64,000 nt of DNA from Phoronis australis (GCA_002633005.1 NMRA01000122.1:353372-417371), one strand, 5' to 3'. Positions 1 to 14,241 are shown, numbered from the stretch's first letter. The notes: generated from the letters alone by a model not told the origin. Translations and numbers: made by a program.

Positions 1-160
1 CAGGTAATGACAGGTAAAGATGTAACACTATAAATCATATAGTTGTAATGTAGGTGAGGTAATGAGAGCCCCCAGGGCCCAGACTCTACCACATCATTAG
101 GACATAAACCACTAATGAGTCACTCATCATGACTCGAAAATTACATGTGATGACAAGGGT

Positions 161-714
161 AGGTTATGTAGTAACCTAGAAAAATGTCCAAGTTTGGCTA
201 ACTTTGGAACATTGTTATCTCAGAAATGACTAGTCAGAAAAACATGAAACTTTCAGACACCACGCTTCATGCACTGTTATACGAAACAATGTGATGATTT
301 GTTTTTGAAATGTTCACCTTTTACACGAAGGGCTATCAAAAATAGGACTTTTATGATTTTCACGAAAAGCTAAAAAGTTGCATAAAACAAGAATGACACA
401 TGACTATTTAGAAAACTTTGATAGCATTTAAGAGATTTCATCATGAACATTTACTGGTATATCAAATGAAATTTGATCAGGCTATTTGTACGGTCGTTTT
501 ACAATAAATGTGCCTTTCTTTTTGCTAACTTTTTACTAAAAAGACATGGTCACATGGCCCAATCAATGGTAGAATGGCTAAATGTCAAAAATCAAATTCT
601 ACAGGCTTTCTACTTTCAGAAAATATATAAAGTTAACTGACATAAAATCCATAGTTTTGCAGATATTTGACTAAAAACACAGACTAATGTTGATAAGGCC
701 CTACACAACTTTAA
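161..714. mobile_element. Decayed non-autonomous DNA transposon, same family as 48057-48498 (inverted copy)
   Basis: Shares blocks (aaaaatgtccaagtttggctaactttggaaca; catggtcacat; tcaaattctacaggctttctact.tcagaaaata) with the reverse complement of 48145-48500. Imperfect termini aggttatgtag ... ctacacaactttaa. Confidence 0.7.
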
Positions 715-759
715 AGCCCAATGCAATACTATCGTTGCATGATGGTTCTGGTAGGGGTA

Positions 760-1050
760 GAACCCTTCACTTGGATTCCTTACAATGGAGTGTCCCATGG
801 ACCAGAAGGAGTTGACTGATTTCTTCAATGGAAAAAAGATTCACTGCTGCTGACTCGATTTTTACAGTCTGACCTTTGCGATTTCATCTTGATGCAATAA
901 ACACTGCGTGGGACTATTACGGATAGGAAAAGGTGTGGTTACCATAATAGTTGAACAACAAATGTAGGTGGCAATCTTGTAACAGGAATTTTGGCAAGTG
1001 AGCAATCTAAGGCCTGAAGCAGCAAAGATATTTTGTATCTTATTCCAAGC
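760..1050 (-). mobile_element. Possible very degraded Penelope-like GIY-YIG endonuclease remnant
   Basis: Minus-strand fragments across frameshifts and stops read ..CQNSCYKIATYIC.., ..SVYCI.. and ..ESFFH*RNQSTPSG.., in the order of the Penelope Cys cluster, VYCI and C-terminal ESFFI..L.P.G motifs. The resemblance is weak. Confidence 0.25.
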
Positions 1051-2080
1051 CTTAAACTTCCAAGAATGGAAACGCCAAATGTCACTCTTCAATAATGAAT
1101 AAACGGTTGCCCAAACTACCAGGGCAGAAAGTATTCTTCATAATGTAGTAGAAAAAAATATAGACACTGAATAACCTACATGTTGAAGAAGTTATAATTA
1201 ATTGTTAGCATGGCTCCGTTTTTCTCATTTTTCTTTAACTGTTTATTTCACCTTAAGAATAATACAAGAAGTTACGCATGGCTCCTCAATATCAAATATC
1301 AAATATCAAAAATAAGTCAGCCCCCTTGGAGACTTAAAGTAATTTGTATGTCCAAAAGTTCTTAAGAAAAGATTCATCTGCTGCTCAGCCACTTCGTGTA
1401 ATAACAGCTACAAGTTGCTTCTAGTATTTCTCTGAAAAGTACTTTCGAGTGATAACCCATAAAGACGACCGCAGGTTGGCGTATACTCCGTGGTGGTCTA
1501 GACCAGGTAGTACATACCTAACCAGGTTATCAGAAAGTAAGAAGTGACCTGCTGGACAAGTAGTTAACATGGGCCACAAGAGGCAGACAAGATTGTTAAG
1601 ATAATGATATCACCCAGGCAAGCATGACTTAACAATAGGATAATCCGCATTAGATTATGCTGCTCAAAATTGGCAAGAGTTTGCTGGTGCTGGTAGGGAG
1701 ACAACTCCATGAATGTCACAACACTTTCCTATGGGTTACTGTTAGTCAGACAATTTCTGATAGAACACGTATAAAACAGACGGGCATACTGTTGAAGTTA
1801 GCGGTGAAAAATAGGTAGAATTAGCATCAGAACATGCATGTGCAAAACAAAACGCAGAGTTAATATTTCATAATGCTGAAAAGAACCGCTGACCGCACGA
1901 AAAATTGTAAATGTAATTTTAGCACTGTTTACACTGTGCACATGCATAAAATATGCACTTAATGTATCAATCAAAATACACTTTAGCAGACAATACGATA
2001 TCAAAAGCAATAAAAACATGCCTAAGGAGACATTAAAAAATACGATGACAGTGATGAGAAGTGTCTGTTAGGATTTGTGT

Positions 2081-2261
2081 TGTCTGATGGACTATGTGAC
2101 CAAGGTGTCTGATGGACTATGTGACCAAGGTGTCTGATGGACTATGTGACCAAGGTGTCCGATGGACTATGTGACCAAGGTGTCCGATGGACTATGTGAC
2201 CAAGGTGTCTGATGAACTATGTGACCAAGGTGTCTGATGGACTATGTGACCAAGGTATCTG
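2081..2261. repeat. Minisatellite, 25-bp unit TGTCTGATGGACTATGTGACCAAGG, about 7 copies
   Basis: Units start at 2081, 2106, 2131, 2156, 2181, 2206 and 2231. They are head-to-tail with no spacers and few substitutions. Confidence 0.97.
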
Positions 2262-4278
2262 TATAACATTTCATTTACAGTACATTTACCACTAACTGAT
2301 ATATATAACATCCAGTCAATGAAAAACTGCAAACTCACATATAAGGAGAATGCAGGGATACCTTTATTCCTTTTTCAAAAGTACACCGTACCTCCATAGT
2401 GAGTAACGAAGTTTTTGCCCTACTGAACTTCCTCTACTGCTAACAGTGAACCAGGAACTCTAAATAGCTGACTGAATACAGCAGTTACCTACAAGTTCTC
2501 ATTCTCACGTCTTAAAAACTTCCTTGGATCAAAGTCCTTGGCAATTAAGACCTGGTATGACAATAAGACTTGAGATAACCTTGAAGCTACAGGTTGTGGC
2601 AATATGATGCCATCCCTGTATTCAACATCAATGTTTATCGTTTGTATGAAAAACGGTAATTACAACCCATAATGTGGTTTTGAAAACTAACAATAACAAA
2701 GTGACGAACCCATTATGTTAAGATACTTGCACTGGATTCAGTGGTCTTGTGCCTCACTGGGCAACAATCTTATCTCCACACGCTGAAGATGGGTTAATCT
2801 GGATGTGTATGTTGCCACAGAGTATCTGTAATGGTGATTTTGTCGGATTTTCTTCGTTCATCCCACTCAGTACACTCGCTGAGTCAATAATCCTTTTGTT
2901 AATCGGGGAAATCGTAGGTGTTTGTCCGAGAAGAGAACGGATTATTAGCATCACATGGACCTTGGAATATTGAGTTAGGAGGGGATTAGAACAAGACACT
3001 GCTTGATATCTCCATGTTGATGCTTTCTGTCTCCATTGGATCTAGTCTTGGTTCAAATGTTTATGTTTGGTAGAACTAACTCATCTTTAATCACAGTCAG
3101 ACTGATAATCTAATGATAAGAGTGATGAGCCAATTTTACTTTAATTAAGTTATGGGCAGATAAGCAAGCAACCAAGAGTAACCAAAGAGGGAGCCACTAG
3201 TTCCTGCACTGTTATGTTGGTTGTCGTTCTCAGCCGTGAGTATACCAGGAATACCGACACATTTTTTCTTCTCTATTGCAACTTCAAAGCAAGAGTTCAA
3301 ATGAGATAGATCATACGGCTTCACTGGACTGCAGCGGCATTTCAGACAATCAATGAACTCGGAGCTGTTACAGTCAATCTGAGGTCATACGAACGACAAA
3401 GTGGTGGTGAACTATTGTGTCCGTTCTACTAAATGCCCACCTCTATCCTTGAATCATTTTCACTTCCCATATGTGTAACACCCACCTTTGGTTTCATTAG
3501 TTTCTATGTTAATGCTAACAGATACAGTAAATGTAACAAAATATCACCAATAATGGACACAATATGAACAATGAATTAACTTTTTTCTTTTAAGTCATAT
3601 TTCATAACTTAGCTACCATCAGACAATGTATTGAGAAACTATGGAGATTCATAGAAATGTCGCTCGTTTTTTAAAAATGTAAAAAAGACCTATTTTGGAA
3701 ATAATTTTTGTCTGAATCGTGGAGATTATGCTCTTGTTTACTTCACAGATATCACTTTTTAGCTTAATTCAACATTACATGAGGTTCCTACATCAACACT
3801 TTGTAGTCACGTGAAATTTTCAACCCATGCTTTTGCAGTCGGCTTTCAAAAAGTGTGTGTTCCAAAAAGTGTGTGTTCCAAAACTTTCACAATCATCCCA
3901 TTATGGCGTAAGCAATGTTTATTTTGAAATAGGTTTGATGACCTGCTGAACCAACATAATTTATTGAAGTAAATGTTACCATAATCAATAGGAGACCAAA
4001 AAAGACAAAATATTTTAACAAGAGCAGCACATTAAGCATAGAAATGCATTCACAACTGCACCACACACAGTATGTTTCTAGGGTTGTTTATTAGTATCGT
4101 AAAAATGGCCACTAGATGGCACAGAATACATCGAGCATGTTTGAAACTAGAAACATATCTGATTAATTTCATGAAAATCTGTCACGGAATCCCGAAAATA
4201 CAAAGGCAAAGGTAAAATAATAAAACTATCACCAGAAGGTACAGTGTTAATTGCATACTCCCAAAAAAACATAGTCAT

Positions 4279-4496
4279 TTGTTGTCATACTGATGTCACA
4301 CTGTTGTCACACTGTTGTCACACTGTTGTCACAATGGTGTCACACTGTTGTCACACTGTTGTCACACTTTTGTCACACTGTTGTCACACTGTTGTCACAC
4401 TGTTGTCACACTGTTGTCACACTGTTGTCACACTGTTGTCACAATGGTGTCACACTGTTGTCACACTGTTGTCACACTGTTACACTGTTGTCACAT
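4279..4496. repeat. Minisatellite, 11-bp unit CTGTTGTCACA, about 19 copies
   Basis: Direct tandem repeat with a recurring variant (caatggtgtca). It explains the three overlapping 'SHCCHTVVTLL' ORFs. Confidence 0.97.
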
Positions 4497-4764
4497 GGAA
4501 AAACACCTGACAAATTTCATGACGATCCTGCATTAGTCGTTAAGGGGATTCTGCAGAGGACGTCACCCGTCACATGCCAGAAACAGAGGACGTGGACAGA
4601 TCACAGGTTCTTCAGTGAATACAAGTGAAATATGCAACTTCTTGTCATCACTGAGGAAGAACCAGCCAGGGGCTATGATTTCAAAAATAGAGCATCCAAA
4701 ATTTGTTTACCAATTTCTCAGGGCATGACTGTTTCTATGGTCCCTAGTCAAAACAGTAGTCGGA

Positions 4765-5237
4765 AGGCCCTTTCATACCGACGTCGACGCGTCAATGTTT
4801 TGGGGGAGTTGCAGTGTCAGTATGAACGGTTAACTTCTGTGCTGCCAGTTACAGTGCCAGTTAAATTTCGAAGTACACATGTGGATTTAACACACTGAGG
4901 TGCAGTATGAACGGTCAACTTCAGTTCCATCAAAGTTATCGCCAGGTGCCACTGTTATCGTCAACAATTAAAGGGCAGTGCCATCGCCAATAGTTGCTTA
5001 TTTTGCTCGAATAATCACCAAACAAATTAAAATGAGTTTTATGTCAATGGGCCACATGTAAATGTTTCCAAATTGTCACATTAAGAAAAACCTTACGATT
5101 ACTTCAATGACAGCAGCGTCACCTACCATTTCCTTCGATGTTCGTTAACTACCGAAGGCGCTATGACCAGTTTAGTTAACTTTGCAGTTGACTTGGACGC
5201 TCCGCTCAGATCAGAGTTAGTTAGGATGAAAAGGACT
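4765..5237 (+). mobile_element. Non-autonomous TIR element, Harbinger-like, GTTAAC-rich family (copy A)
   Basis: Colinear with 48767-49248 (e.g. ccactgttatcgtcaacaattaaagggcagtg; aaatgagttttatgtcaat; agttaactttgcag). Termini aggccctttcat ... atgaaaaggac. The superfamily is inferred from the GGCC-type ends. Confidence 0.8.
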
Positions 5238-5394
5238 ATAGTACAGTAAGTTACTTAGGAGATATGGGCAATAAAGTTTGACATTTCTTCCATGCTATAA
5301 CTATATTAACTAACTTTTTTATTCTGGACAGACCAATGAGCCCCCAGTCAGCTCATGTTAGTAAGTTAAGAGAAACTAATGCTTGCTTATCTTG

Positions 5395-5796
5395 AGTCCC
5401 GTATAGACATCAACTTTTGGCCCGGTGCAACTGACACGGAGCAAATTGATCATGTCAAGCGGCTGTTTACACACACAACTCACTAACTGTGGCAAGACGG
5501 AAGTTGTAGACTAAGAGAGTGTAACGCACAAGCGCAGGTTCATAAATGGCAGGACTTGCAGAGACAGAGAGCCCAGTATGTAGAGATGATCCCATCCGCC
5601 TTGTCCCAGTTTCACGTTTAGATATATAATTGACACGGAGCAAGATGGTCGAGCACAAATTGTTCTACCTCAAAAGTTGTCAGCGCGGTGTCAATTTGCT
5701 CCAGGTCAGTCCTGGGGGTTTACACACATACTTGCGCTAGAACATCTCGTTCCATGTCAGCTGATCGGTGTCAACTTTTGTAGTGTAAACGGCACT
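5395..5796. mobile_element. Decayed MITE with internal direct and inverted repeats
   Basis: Imperfect termini agtcccgtatagac / gtgtaaacggcact. The motif tgacacggagcaa occurs twice, and its inverse ttgctccaggtca once. Confidence 0.5.
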
Positions 5797-7505
5797 TTGG
5801 TCTTCAAAAATAGTAGGGTCAGGGTGACGATTTGGACCACACTAAATGAAGGTCTGAGAAGAACCCGCGATAGATTTGAGAGCGTTGATTTTCAAACATT
5901 TTGGCTCTTTTTTGGGTCCTATTGATTGTATATAAAATCAGTAGTCTCCTTAATGGCACCGTACTACCAACACGATAAAGGTCTCTATTATTCACACTCA
6001 CCCAGGTGTTAAAGCACTGCATGAGTTGTGTGTCTCACTGAATACCCATGACATCATGGAAAGATGCTTCTCTTTATGGCCCACAAGTCACTGTTCATTG
6101 ACCTTCCTCATAGAATGTTACATAAGATACCAGAGGTCTCACACATTTTTAGCCACTCAAGCTGGGGATCAAATTATCATTAGACTGGATATTAGGCAGA
6201 TCCTTGTCTGGACAACTAAAGGGGGGGGGGGGTCATTCAGAAGAATTGTCAGTCAGAAGGCCAAAATTCACGATGAGAAACGCGGCTTCGGGACTTAATG
6301 GACACAGGGCCCACCATTGGGACTCCACTCTGAGGAATCCAAACATTGCAAAAACAGCTCAAGTGCCATAGTAACACTAACCACAAAACATGGAGCTCTG
6401 AAAAACAGTGGAATTTGTCTTGAAACACTGATAGAGGAGCAATATTTGTTATTTATAGGCTGGCCAAGTTACGTAATTAGGCCAGTACCTCACCACAAGG
6501 GTAAAATGGCATAAACAGGTTCACTCCTGGTGCAGCCAGGCTCTGAACATTCCCACACTCCCTGTGTTTACATCAGAAAATTATGACAGAGTCACAAATC
6601 TTTTCTGATGGTAACAGCACACAGATTATTGGAACTGGTTTTAACAAGCATGGTTTTACAAAAACCCACCCAAAAACGGCAGATACAACTATGGACACTT
6701 ACTGACAATTGGCCTCAAACTGTCATTAAATTTTGTATTTTTTATAAAGAATTTTTCACAGACATTCAACAAATGCCTAACGCGAAGTCTAAAGTTCAAA
6801 AGGCAGTCTACCCAATAACAGCACAAATATTTCAAAAATTTTCAAAAATTGTAAACTTGAGATATCAATTTCAGTGAAGTCAAGACAGAAGGCAGACTTA
6901 CAGTGTTGAATGTAACCAACACAAAAAACAAACTGAAACCCCTGAAGTTAAATTTCAGCTACAATTATTATTCATTATTCAACTATTCATTGAAAAAATC
7001 TACTTTAATGGCATAAATGTATTGCACTCTAAGTAAAGACGTAGCCATTCTCTCCGTCAATTGAGACTAATCTATCATCAGCTTGCAAACGTCTTAATAA
7101 AGCCAGACAGAAAAGAATCTAATGAATTCATTGCCAACCCAGATCTCATTGTAGTATTCCTAAAAAAATGGGCAAGCTTTGTAAAATCGTTTTCCAGTAA
7201 TCACCTATGGTGGTCCATGACAAAACCACAAAAATCCAAAGGATTTAGTGGACGCTCAAATTTTACAATATGGCAGAAAGGTGAAATGTCACTTTTTCAT
7301 AAGATGCATATTACCAAAATCATGCTTTGCCAAGTTCTGCACCAACTAAAAGGCCTAATTCAATTTTCGTTCATGCTGTGAATAATTCGCTTACAAGGAA
7401 AACACGCATTTCTAAAGATATGCAAGAGTTTTCACCGCTGCTCGCTCAACTTTTTTCTGAGCGACTTTCAAGGGGGTCAAAGTGAGCATGGTACCAGAGT
7501 TGAAT

Positions 7506-7553
7506 GCAGTGGTGATGACCGCAGTGGTGATGACCGCAGTGGTGATGACCGCA
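7506..7553. repeat. 15-bp tandem repeat GCAGTGGTGATGACC x3
   Basis: Three exact adjacent copies. Confidence 0.95.
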
Positions 7554-10500
7554 TTGTCCAGTGCGAGCAAGACCCAATTAAGTGTAATTACCCGGCCATA
7601 AACTACTAAACATCTCTGCCTGTACATAATGGCAAATTTTAAATGCATTAACCAAAAAGTTTCATAAAAAATTAACACTTTTAATATTCAATTAAAAAAT
7701 AAACGGAGACCAAATTAGATGTCAGTAACTTTTGAGACCACACTTATCGCCCAGTCGTGTAGAACTACTTTATTCCAAGAGTAGCATGCTAACCGGAAAA
7801 CTTTGATATTCAGTAATCAGCTGGCAATAATACATGTGTTGTGAAGACTTGGCAGTATAAGCATTCTGTTTGAATTTATCCACATATTTGCTGGATTCTT
7901 TGCATTAAAAAAATCACTGAAAGTAGTGCACGCAAAACGAGTTCCCGCCACGTCGTACCGCCTCTGTTTGGATCAGCTGTTAGCCTGCTCAAGAGTCAAA
8001 TTTTTTAATATGTCGTCAACTGCTTAACACCGTCAACTGTTGGCTGCCTTGTGAAGTTGCCGTTCTAGTTTCCATCTGGGGAGAGAGAGAGTTCCTTGCC
8101 ATTTTTGATGACAAGCACTGTCAAAAATGCAAGGCCATATGACCAAAGGTCATATTCAGCTCCACCTTGCGATAAATTCGCTGAACTATAATTCTAAAGC
8201 TAATGGGACACTGACACTTAACTTCACGGTTAACCACAGTTAACATCGAACCTTCGATAGTGGCGAAGTTAACTGCATGGGTAACGAACGGCCTTGAGGG
8301 CAAATGGAACCTCAGCTGTGACCACTGTAAATTCTCCACGTTTTATTCAGCTAAACAGGGCGAAATGCAATTTTAAGTATTAGCATATTTGCAATATATA
8401 GCGAGCAAAACGCGACACGTGATGAACTAAAGCATCGGCAACAAAAAACAGAAATTCCAGAAATTATTTTTGTCCAAAAACAAGAAACTGGGTTCAAGAA
8501 CAGGGGAATAGGCTACCTTTGTATAGTATATTGGACATCTTCAGAGGATTGAACATCCAATATATTAACAGTGACATGATGAGATTTTAATTAAAACCAG
8601 TTTGATACATGGCCAATAAGCCAAGAAGGACATAACCATCTAACAGTGGGGAGGGGTAGATGGCCTTTGGTGGGGCCTGGTTTGTTTGCACTCATCATAG
8701 GACAGGGTGTGTGAAATGGGTGTTGTATTTCAATGATCAAAGGATTTATTGTCTGCCTGTTGCAGCCTTTCAATGATGATGAGATTTCAAGCACATGTCT
8801 GCCAAACACCCTAAAAGGGGTTAAGCTCTCTCATGGGGTCCCATTAGTCCTGCCTGCTTGTGCAAGAGGAAGGAATGAATTGTCGGCATTTTTGTAGAGT
8901 CCCCGCAGGGGGTTAATAGGCTGATGAGAGCCATGTCAGTCAAAGCTCATTAAGCTTGTCTGTGTAATGGCAGTTTAATTAACAGCTGTTATCAGTGGGT
9001 TATATGCTACAACCAAAGTATGCAACCACTTGTAATTATGCAACTCCATGGTTACAACATGAACAGTGGTGAGTCTGGGTCTAGAGCCTAATTTCTGAAT
9101 TTAGACTCAACTCATGGACTCAGGCTCTCAAAAGTAACCAATCACGATGCATAATTAGAGAACAAATTTGTAAATTAACCCAACGTGTGCCGTGCGATTG
9201 GTCAATTTTTGACTAGAGATTATAATTGGTGGACTAGATGTCTGTAAAATAAAATACAAATTTTAGGTGTATTCAAGAAATCACAGGGTAGTTTGGTTAT
9301 CGTCATGTCTGTATACCAAGTTAGTATTCTCATCTAAGAATAAAAAACAACTGCAAAACTTGCAATAGTCACGTACAGGGGTCGCTGCACCTTGAGATCC
9401 AGATTGACGCTCATTATTTAGTGGAGGAAATTTGTTATCAAAATGCAGGACCACTACAAGTGTCTTTTACCACAATCCTTCGAAAAAAATTATTTTCATT
9501 TGGTAGTTTGGTGTTAAATGATTGTAGTACATTACAGTGTGATTTTGCACAAAAACAATTCCAAAAACACACGTCCCTATACATTAAGCTGATGGTGTTA
9601 AGTTAAGAGTTGCCCGGGAAATCAAGCCTTTTGCTTTCACAGTTTTCTTGGTTTTGATGAACTAGTCTGGAGTATTACCCCCATTCACTGATAGTAGTGT
9701 GTATTTCATGGTCCTCGAGTCCTAAAAATTATGTTGTGTTTTCATGACAGTCGTAAAGCAAAAAACAAGCTAGCAGTGCATTAGAATTTTTTTGGCGTAA
9801 ATTAGTCAGAAAAAAAAAACAAAATTCCGCTTTTCCGACATAACGTGCATTACATGGGAGGCCATTTACAACATGATGCATTAATCAGTCACATGTGGAT
9901 AAAGGCAAAACAAGCTATTAATGAACTCCTGCCTATGACAGTAATTGCGAAGAGGACTGCACACAAGTCATTAAGGGGACCACAGCCAGGTGGTGCTGCT
10001 GTGACTGTCCTGTTGAGTAACAGGAAACTGGCCAGACTCCAGCCTGACTTTCATTACACATTATGTAAGGTTACTGCAGCAGTCATCACTGTAGGACAGG
10101 ACAGGCCAGTGGGATGTTATTGCAGTCACCAAGGGACTGCCATTTAAAGCCATCTACAGCCACGGCACCTTATTGCCTGTATCCCCTCTGTGGTAGGTTG
10201 CCACAAACTTTTCTGCAGAGCACGCCAATTTCAATGTACCCCTAACGCTGATTTTAAAACTACACAGCATGCTTCTGGTACTCAAAACAGAGTAAATCCG
10301 ATTAGACTGGAGACCAAATTAAGGCCTGTGGTCACAATTAGGCCCAGATATATACACACTCAATTGTGGTGGTCACTTTGTTCACAAGTGGAGTATTATG
10401 CTCCTGTGGTGTGATTGGACATGCTGACCAGTTCTGAGTGCTTTGGTCATCATCTTTTTAATTCCATTTGACAGAGCGGGGACTGTACCTCCAAGTTCTG

Positions 10501-11889
10501 TCTGTAAGGATCTTTGGAGTTGGTCCATGCAGGCTTGTGAAAGACTGGCTTATTGATTAGCAGTCTTCAGTTAGCATGCAGTGTTGGGGACTGCACAGTA
10601 AGCCATATATGGCTGTCATGTGGTGGACAGATTAGACAGTGGCTGAGGATTGTACTCATTCAAATGCCAGAGATGACAAGAACTACACCACACAGCTCTC
10701 TCATAGGGAGACCCTCTTAAGACCATTAAAAGGAGTTTAGAAAGTAACCATAAACAATGTGCTGTAATCTGAATAGAATTCATGGAAAAGGGCCAACTGT
10801 TAAAACATTAGTTCTGTGCAGACACAGTCAGACCAACATCACTTGCGAATTGGATCACCAGAATGTAGAACAAGAGAACAGTGAACAGAACACCTGTAAT
10901 CCAGCAGCAGGTATGGATGCAATACAACACCTGGAGTCCTTTCCACTTCTACCAGATATTGTCTCAGCATTTGGCATCTGACCCCAGTCTGTTTTGGCAG
11001 TGTAATATTCCACCAACCATGTGTGGCCTGATAAGTCACCAGGGTTGATGTCCAGAGAGACTGACACATGCTCCATTCATCACAACTGTCCAAGAGCTTC
11101 CCATGTGGTGTTAGCAGGGGTCTGCCGTCATCAAAGTGACTCCATTAGGGGATGATCAGCTGTTGGGTTCAGATACAATAAACAATCCAACACTCTAATG
11201 AGATAACCATGTGCCAGAGTTAATTGAGCCCAGGCTGATAAGAGACAAGTTAGACAGTGCTGCCACCTTCAAACTTTAAACGTGACTATCGGTGAATAGT
11301 GGAGGGAAGGGAAATATAAGGATAATTGGTCAAAATAGTAAGTCCTCAAAATGGCAAGATTTTTCTCAGATCCATGAACAACTTTTCAAGCAAACACTTG
11401 CATGAACAGCAGTAACTCTTTTATTGTCCAAGAACAATTCTGTTCCAAGTAGACGTGCTCACGCACAATAACCTATGACTGCAATAAAAATGTTAATAAG
11501 AAGGTCTTCCCCTGACACAAACAGGCACATGTTTTTTCTCAGAACACAACTTCAACTTGACACTGAAGCCTACTAACACCATCAGCTCCACTGCCATCAA
11601 CACCTCACACCAACCACAGGTATTTCCTAATGGTTGATTGTCACAAGTTTTCTACCTCTCCTGCTGAGTAACCAACCACTCAATAATGGCTATTTAGAAA
11701 CTGTGACCATACAGTTCAGAGATGGCCAATTTCATGTTATTTAAATCAAAACAGACAATCAATATCATCAGCAATGGCATAATGGTTCACCATGTGTGTC
11801 CTCAAGAGGTAATTAAAGCTTGATGGCTGAACAATCACAAAACATCCCTGCCACACTGATTCAGCCAATACCAAACTATCAAAAATGGC

Positions 11890-12240
11890 CGACGCCATTT
11901 ACCCAACAAGCTAGTCAAATACGCTAATTTTCACTATTCAACCAACAGGTCGGCTAAATAAGCTGATATTTGCCATTTACCGGACAAACCATTCAATGAT
12001 CTCATTGGTAGATATTTATGACGTCACTTTTTGTCGGCTAAATAATCAGATACTTGCTATTCACTGAGGATTTCATTGGTTTAACGCATCACCACATCCT
12101 TGTCAGTTAGCGAGATTTTTGCTATTCATTTGACACACTTTCAGCCACCAGATCATAGATTAAGATGACGTCAGGAGCTTGTCAGAAAAATAATTTCTAC
12201 TACTTGCCCAACAAACATTTTGGCTCTCATAGGCCAACAT
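11890..12240. repeat. Degenerate tandem repeat (about 70-85 bp unit)
   Basis: gtcggctaaataa..gata.ttgc.att recurs at about 11949 and 12033, with a weaker copy at about 12102. The motifs cattgg and gacgtca also recur. Confidence 0.5.
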
Positions 12241-14112
12241 CATCGAGCTGAGGACAGGGACACGCTACATTAATGTCTGAGACAAGTTCACTTAACTGAG
12301 ACTATCCAACTTCTGTTTGGACAGGTAGAGCTGTCCCCTTCCAATTAAACTGTCTGCGTACCTGGTGCTCAGATGTCTGACAATAATTTATCTATGTTTT
12401 TGAAATTTAGGTTGCAAAAGATGCAGCCATTTTTGACAACATTGCATTCAGATTGTTGGGTTAAAGAGCCAGCTGCCCAGTAATCCCTGCAGGGTTCATA
12501 GACTGAATCTCTACAGAAACTGTAGTATTTCTACAGTAAACCTATTAAAAATGATGACTTTTCTAAAGAAGCTCCCTCCAAATGGGTCCTATTTTAAAGT
12601 CCACTCTTTACTCAGTGGGTATCCTAATTTTCCTGTGATGATTGACATCAAAAATATTTAAGCACCTCCCGAGGCCAACCCCTCTCATCTTAGACCATGG
12701 CCCCCAAACTTGCTGCAAATGTTCGTAAGTTGACAATGGTAATATTACATATTTTTTTAGAAATTTAAGCGCTTTATCAATGAGCATAGTATTTAACATG
12801 CGATGTATTGTAATAGATGAAAAGAACTTGTGGCCTATAAAGGTTTGGAAGATTGGAAGATGCAACTTCTGGGCTGCTTTCATCATCTTGCGATCAGATG
12901 AGATCTTTTAAATGCTGAATCTGTGTGTTCAGATTGAGCCTAGGTTAACGAAAGAGTTTTCTAAGACAAAAGTAGGCCTGCCTGGCCAGCAGCATGGTGC
13001 ATTAGCCAGTATCACACTCCTCCAAATAACAAACAGTGAAATGTGAAGATGGTGGAATAAACAGCCGGCTGACACCTGAGCCCAAACAAGATGATGTCAC
13101 TTCAAACAAAAAATTCTCAAAGAAATGCTAAGTGCTTGCACTCGCCAGTTGGAGGATGTCAAAACAGCTGCACGCGACTGGCCATGTTGTTTGAAAGGTA
13201 GCACAAGCCATCCTGTCTTGACACGCGTACATTAGGCCTCTACTATTTGTACAGTGAGCCAGCACAGTAAACAAACCAGGTAAATGGGGACAGTGCTGGT
13301 AAAAAATGGTGCCTAGTAATAAACAAGCATGGCAGGTAATGGATGATTGGAGATCAACGATGACAGATAAGTACAAATTGAACACAGTCCCCGACACAGG
13401 ACACACACGGTGAGGATACACACAGTAATCAAATATTTACCAGCGCAAAAATCAGATAGGGCTTCCACCTTTGTTAAGTCGACACCCACGGGCACCAGCG
13501 AGTCCCGATACGCCAGTTTTGCATGTAAACTACACGCTTTGCGTCTAGCCAACCATGTACAGTTTTGCTTAAATAAATCACTGAAATTAACATATTGTCA
13601 GCAGATGATAAATGGAAAGACGGCACACGAATCTCTTCATGCCTGCCTACGTGGACATGGATAAGAGCCCTAATCTGATGAAGAGACTTAGGAACGCGTG
13701 ACCATTTTGAGTAAATGATGCTCAACAAACAAAACCTTCAATCGCACATAGCCACACGTGTCTTCAGCTTACTGCTATAAAATCTAACCATGAATATGAA
13801 TGCCAACAAAATCAAGGTACACAGCAGTTTCCATTTCAGAAAAACTAAATATTGTTTGAGAAGGCAAAACACCTGCCCAGTGGACATTAGTTGGCACACT
13901 CCCCACCAGCCCCCACTTGGGGGTGTGAATGAAACAACAAGCGCTCAGACGCTGCTTCCGCCGAGTCACACCAGTCTTCAGCTTACTGAACACTGGTTGA
14001 CTTCACATCCAGGTAAAAGAATAGCGTACAGTCCAATAAAAAGTTTCAAAGTTAAAGTTAAATATGTGCTGATCAATTGCAGCTAAAAATTGACCTTATT
14101 TTACTTTTCAGT

Positions 14113-14241
14113 AGGAAGGTGGGAGGGATTGAGGGAGGGGAGGTAGGTAGGAGTGAGGAAGGAGGCAGAGATGGGGCCGGAGGGGGAGGGAGGGGGAGGG
14201 AGAGGGAGAAGCGGAGGGAGGGAGGAAGGGAGGGAAGGAGA
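14113..14241 (+). repeat. G-rich polypurine low-complexity tract
   Basis: Almost entirely G/A with many GGG runs. Confidence 0.9.

Noticed and set aside
2081-2261. 25-bp repeat as a CRISPR array
   Set aside because: Units are head-to-tail with no unique spacers, there are no cas genes, and the context is a eukaryotic intron. The same applies to the 20-bp array at 14761-15084.
4244-4628. Three overlapping Cys/His-rich ORFs (SHCCHTVVTLL repeats) as a metal-binding protein
   Set aside because: They are the three frames of a stop-free 11-bp minisatellite, with no splice or start evidence.
8921-8955. CTGATGA followed by a GAGC/GCTC stem as a hammerhead ribozyme
   Set aside because: The stem is not followed by GAAA. 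Other CTGANGA words I checked also lack the second core half.
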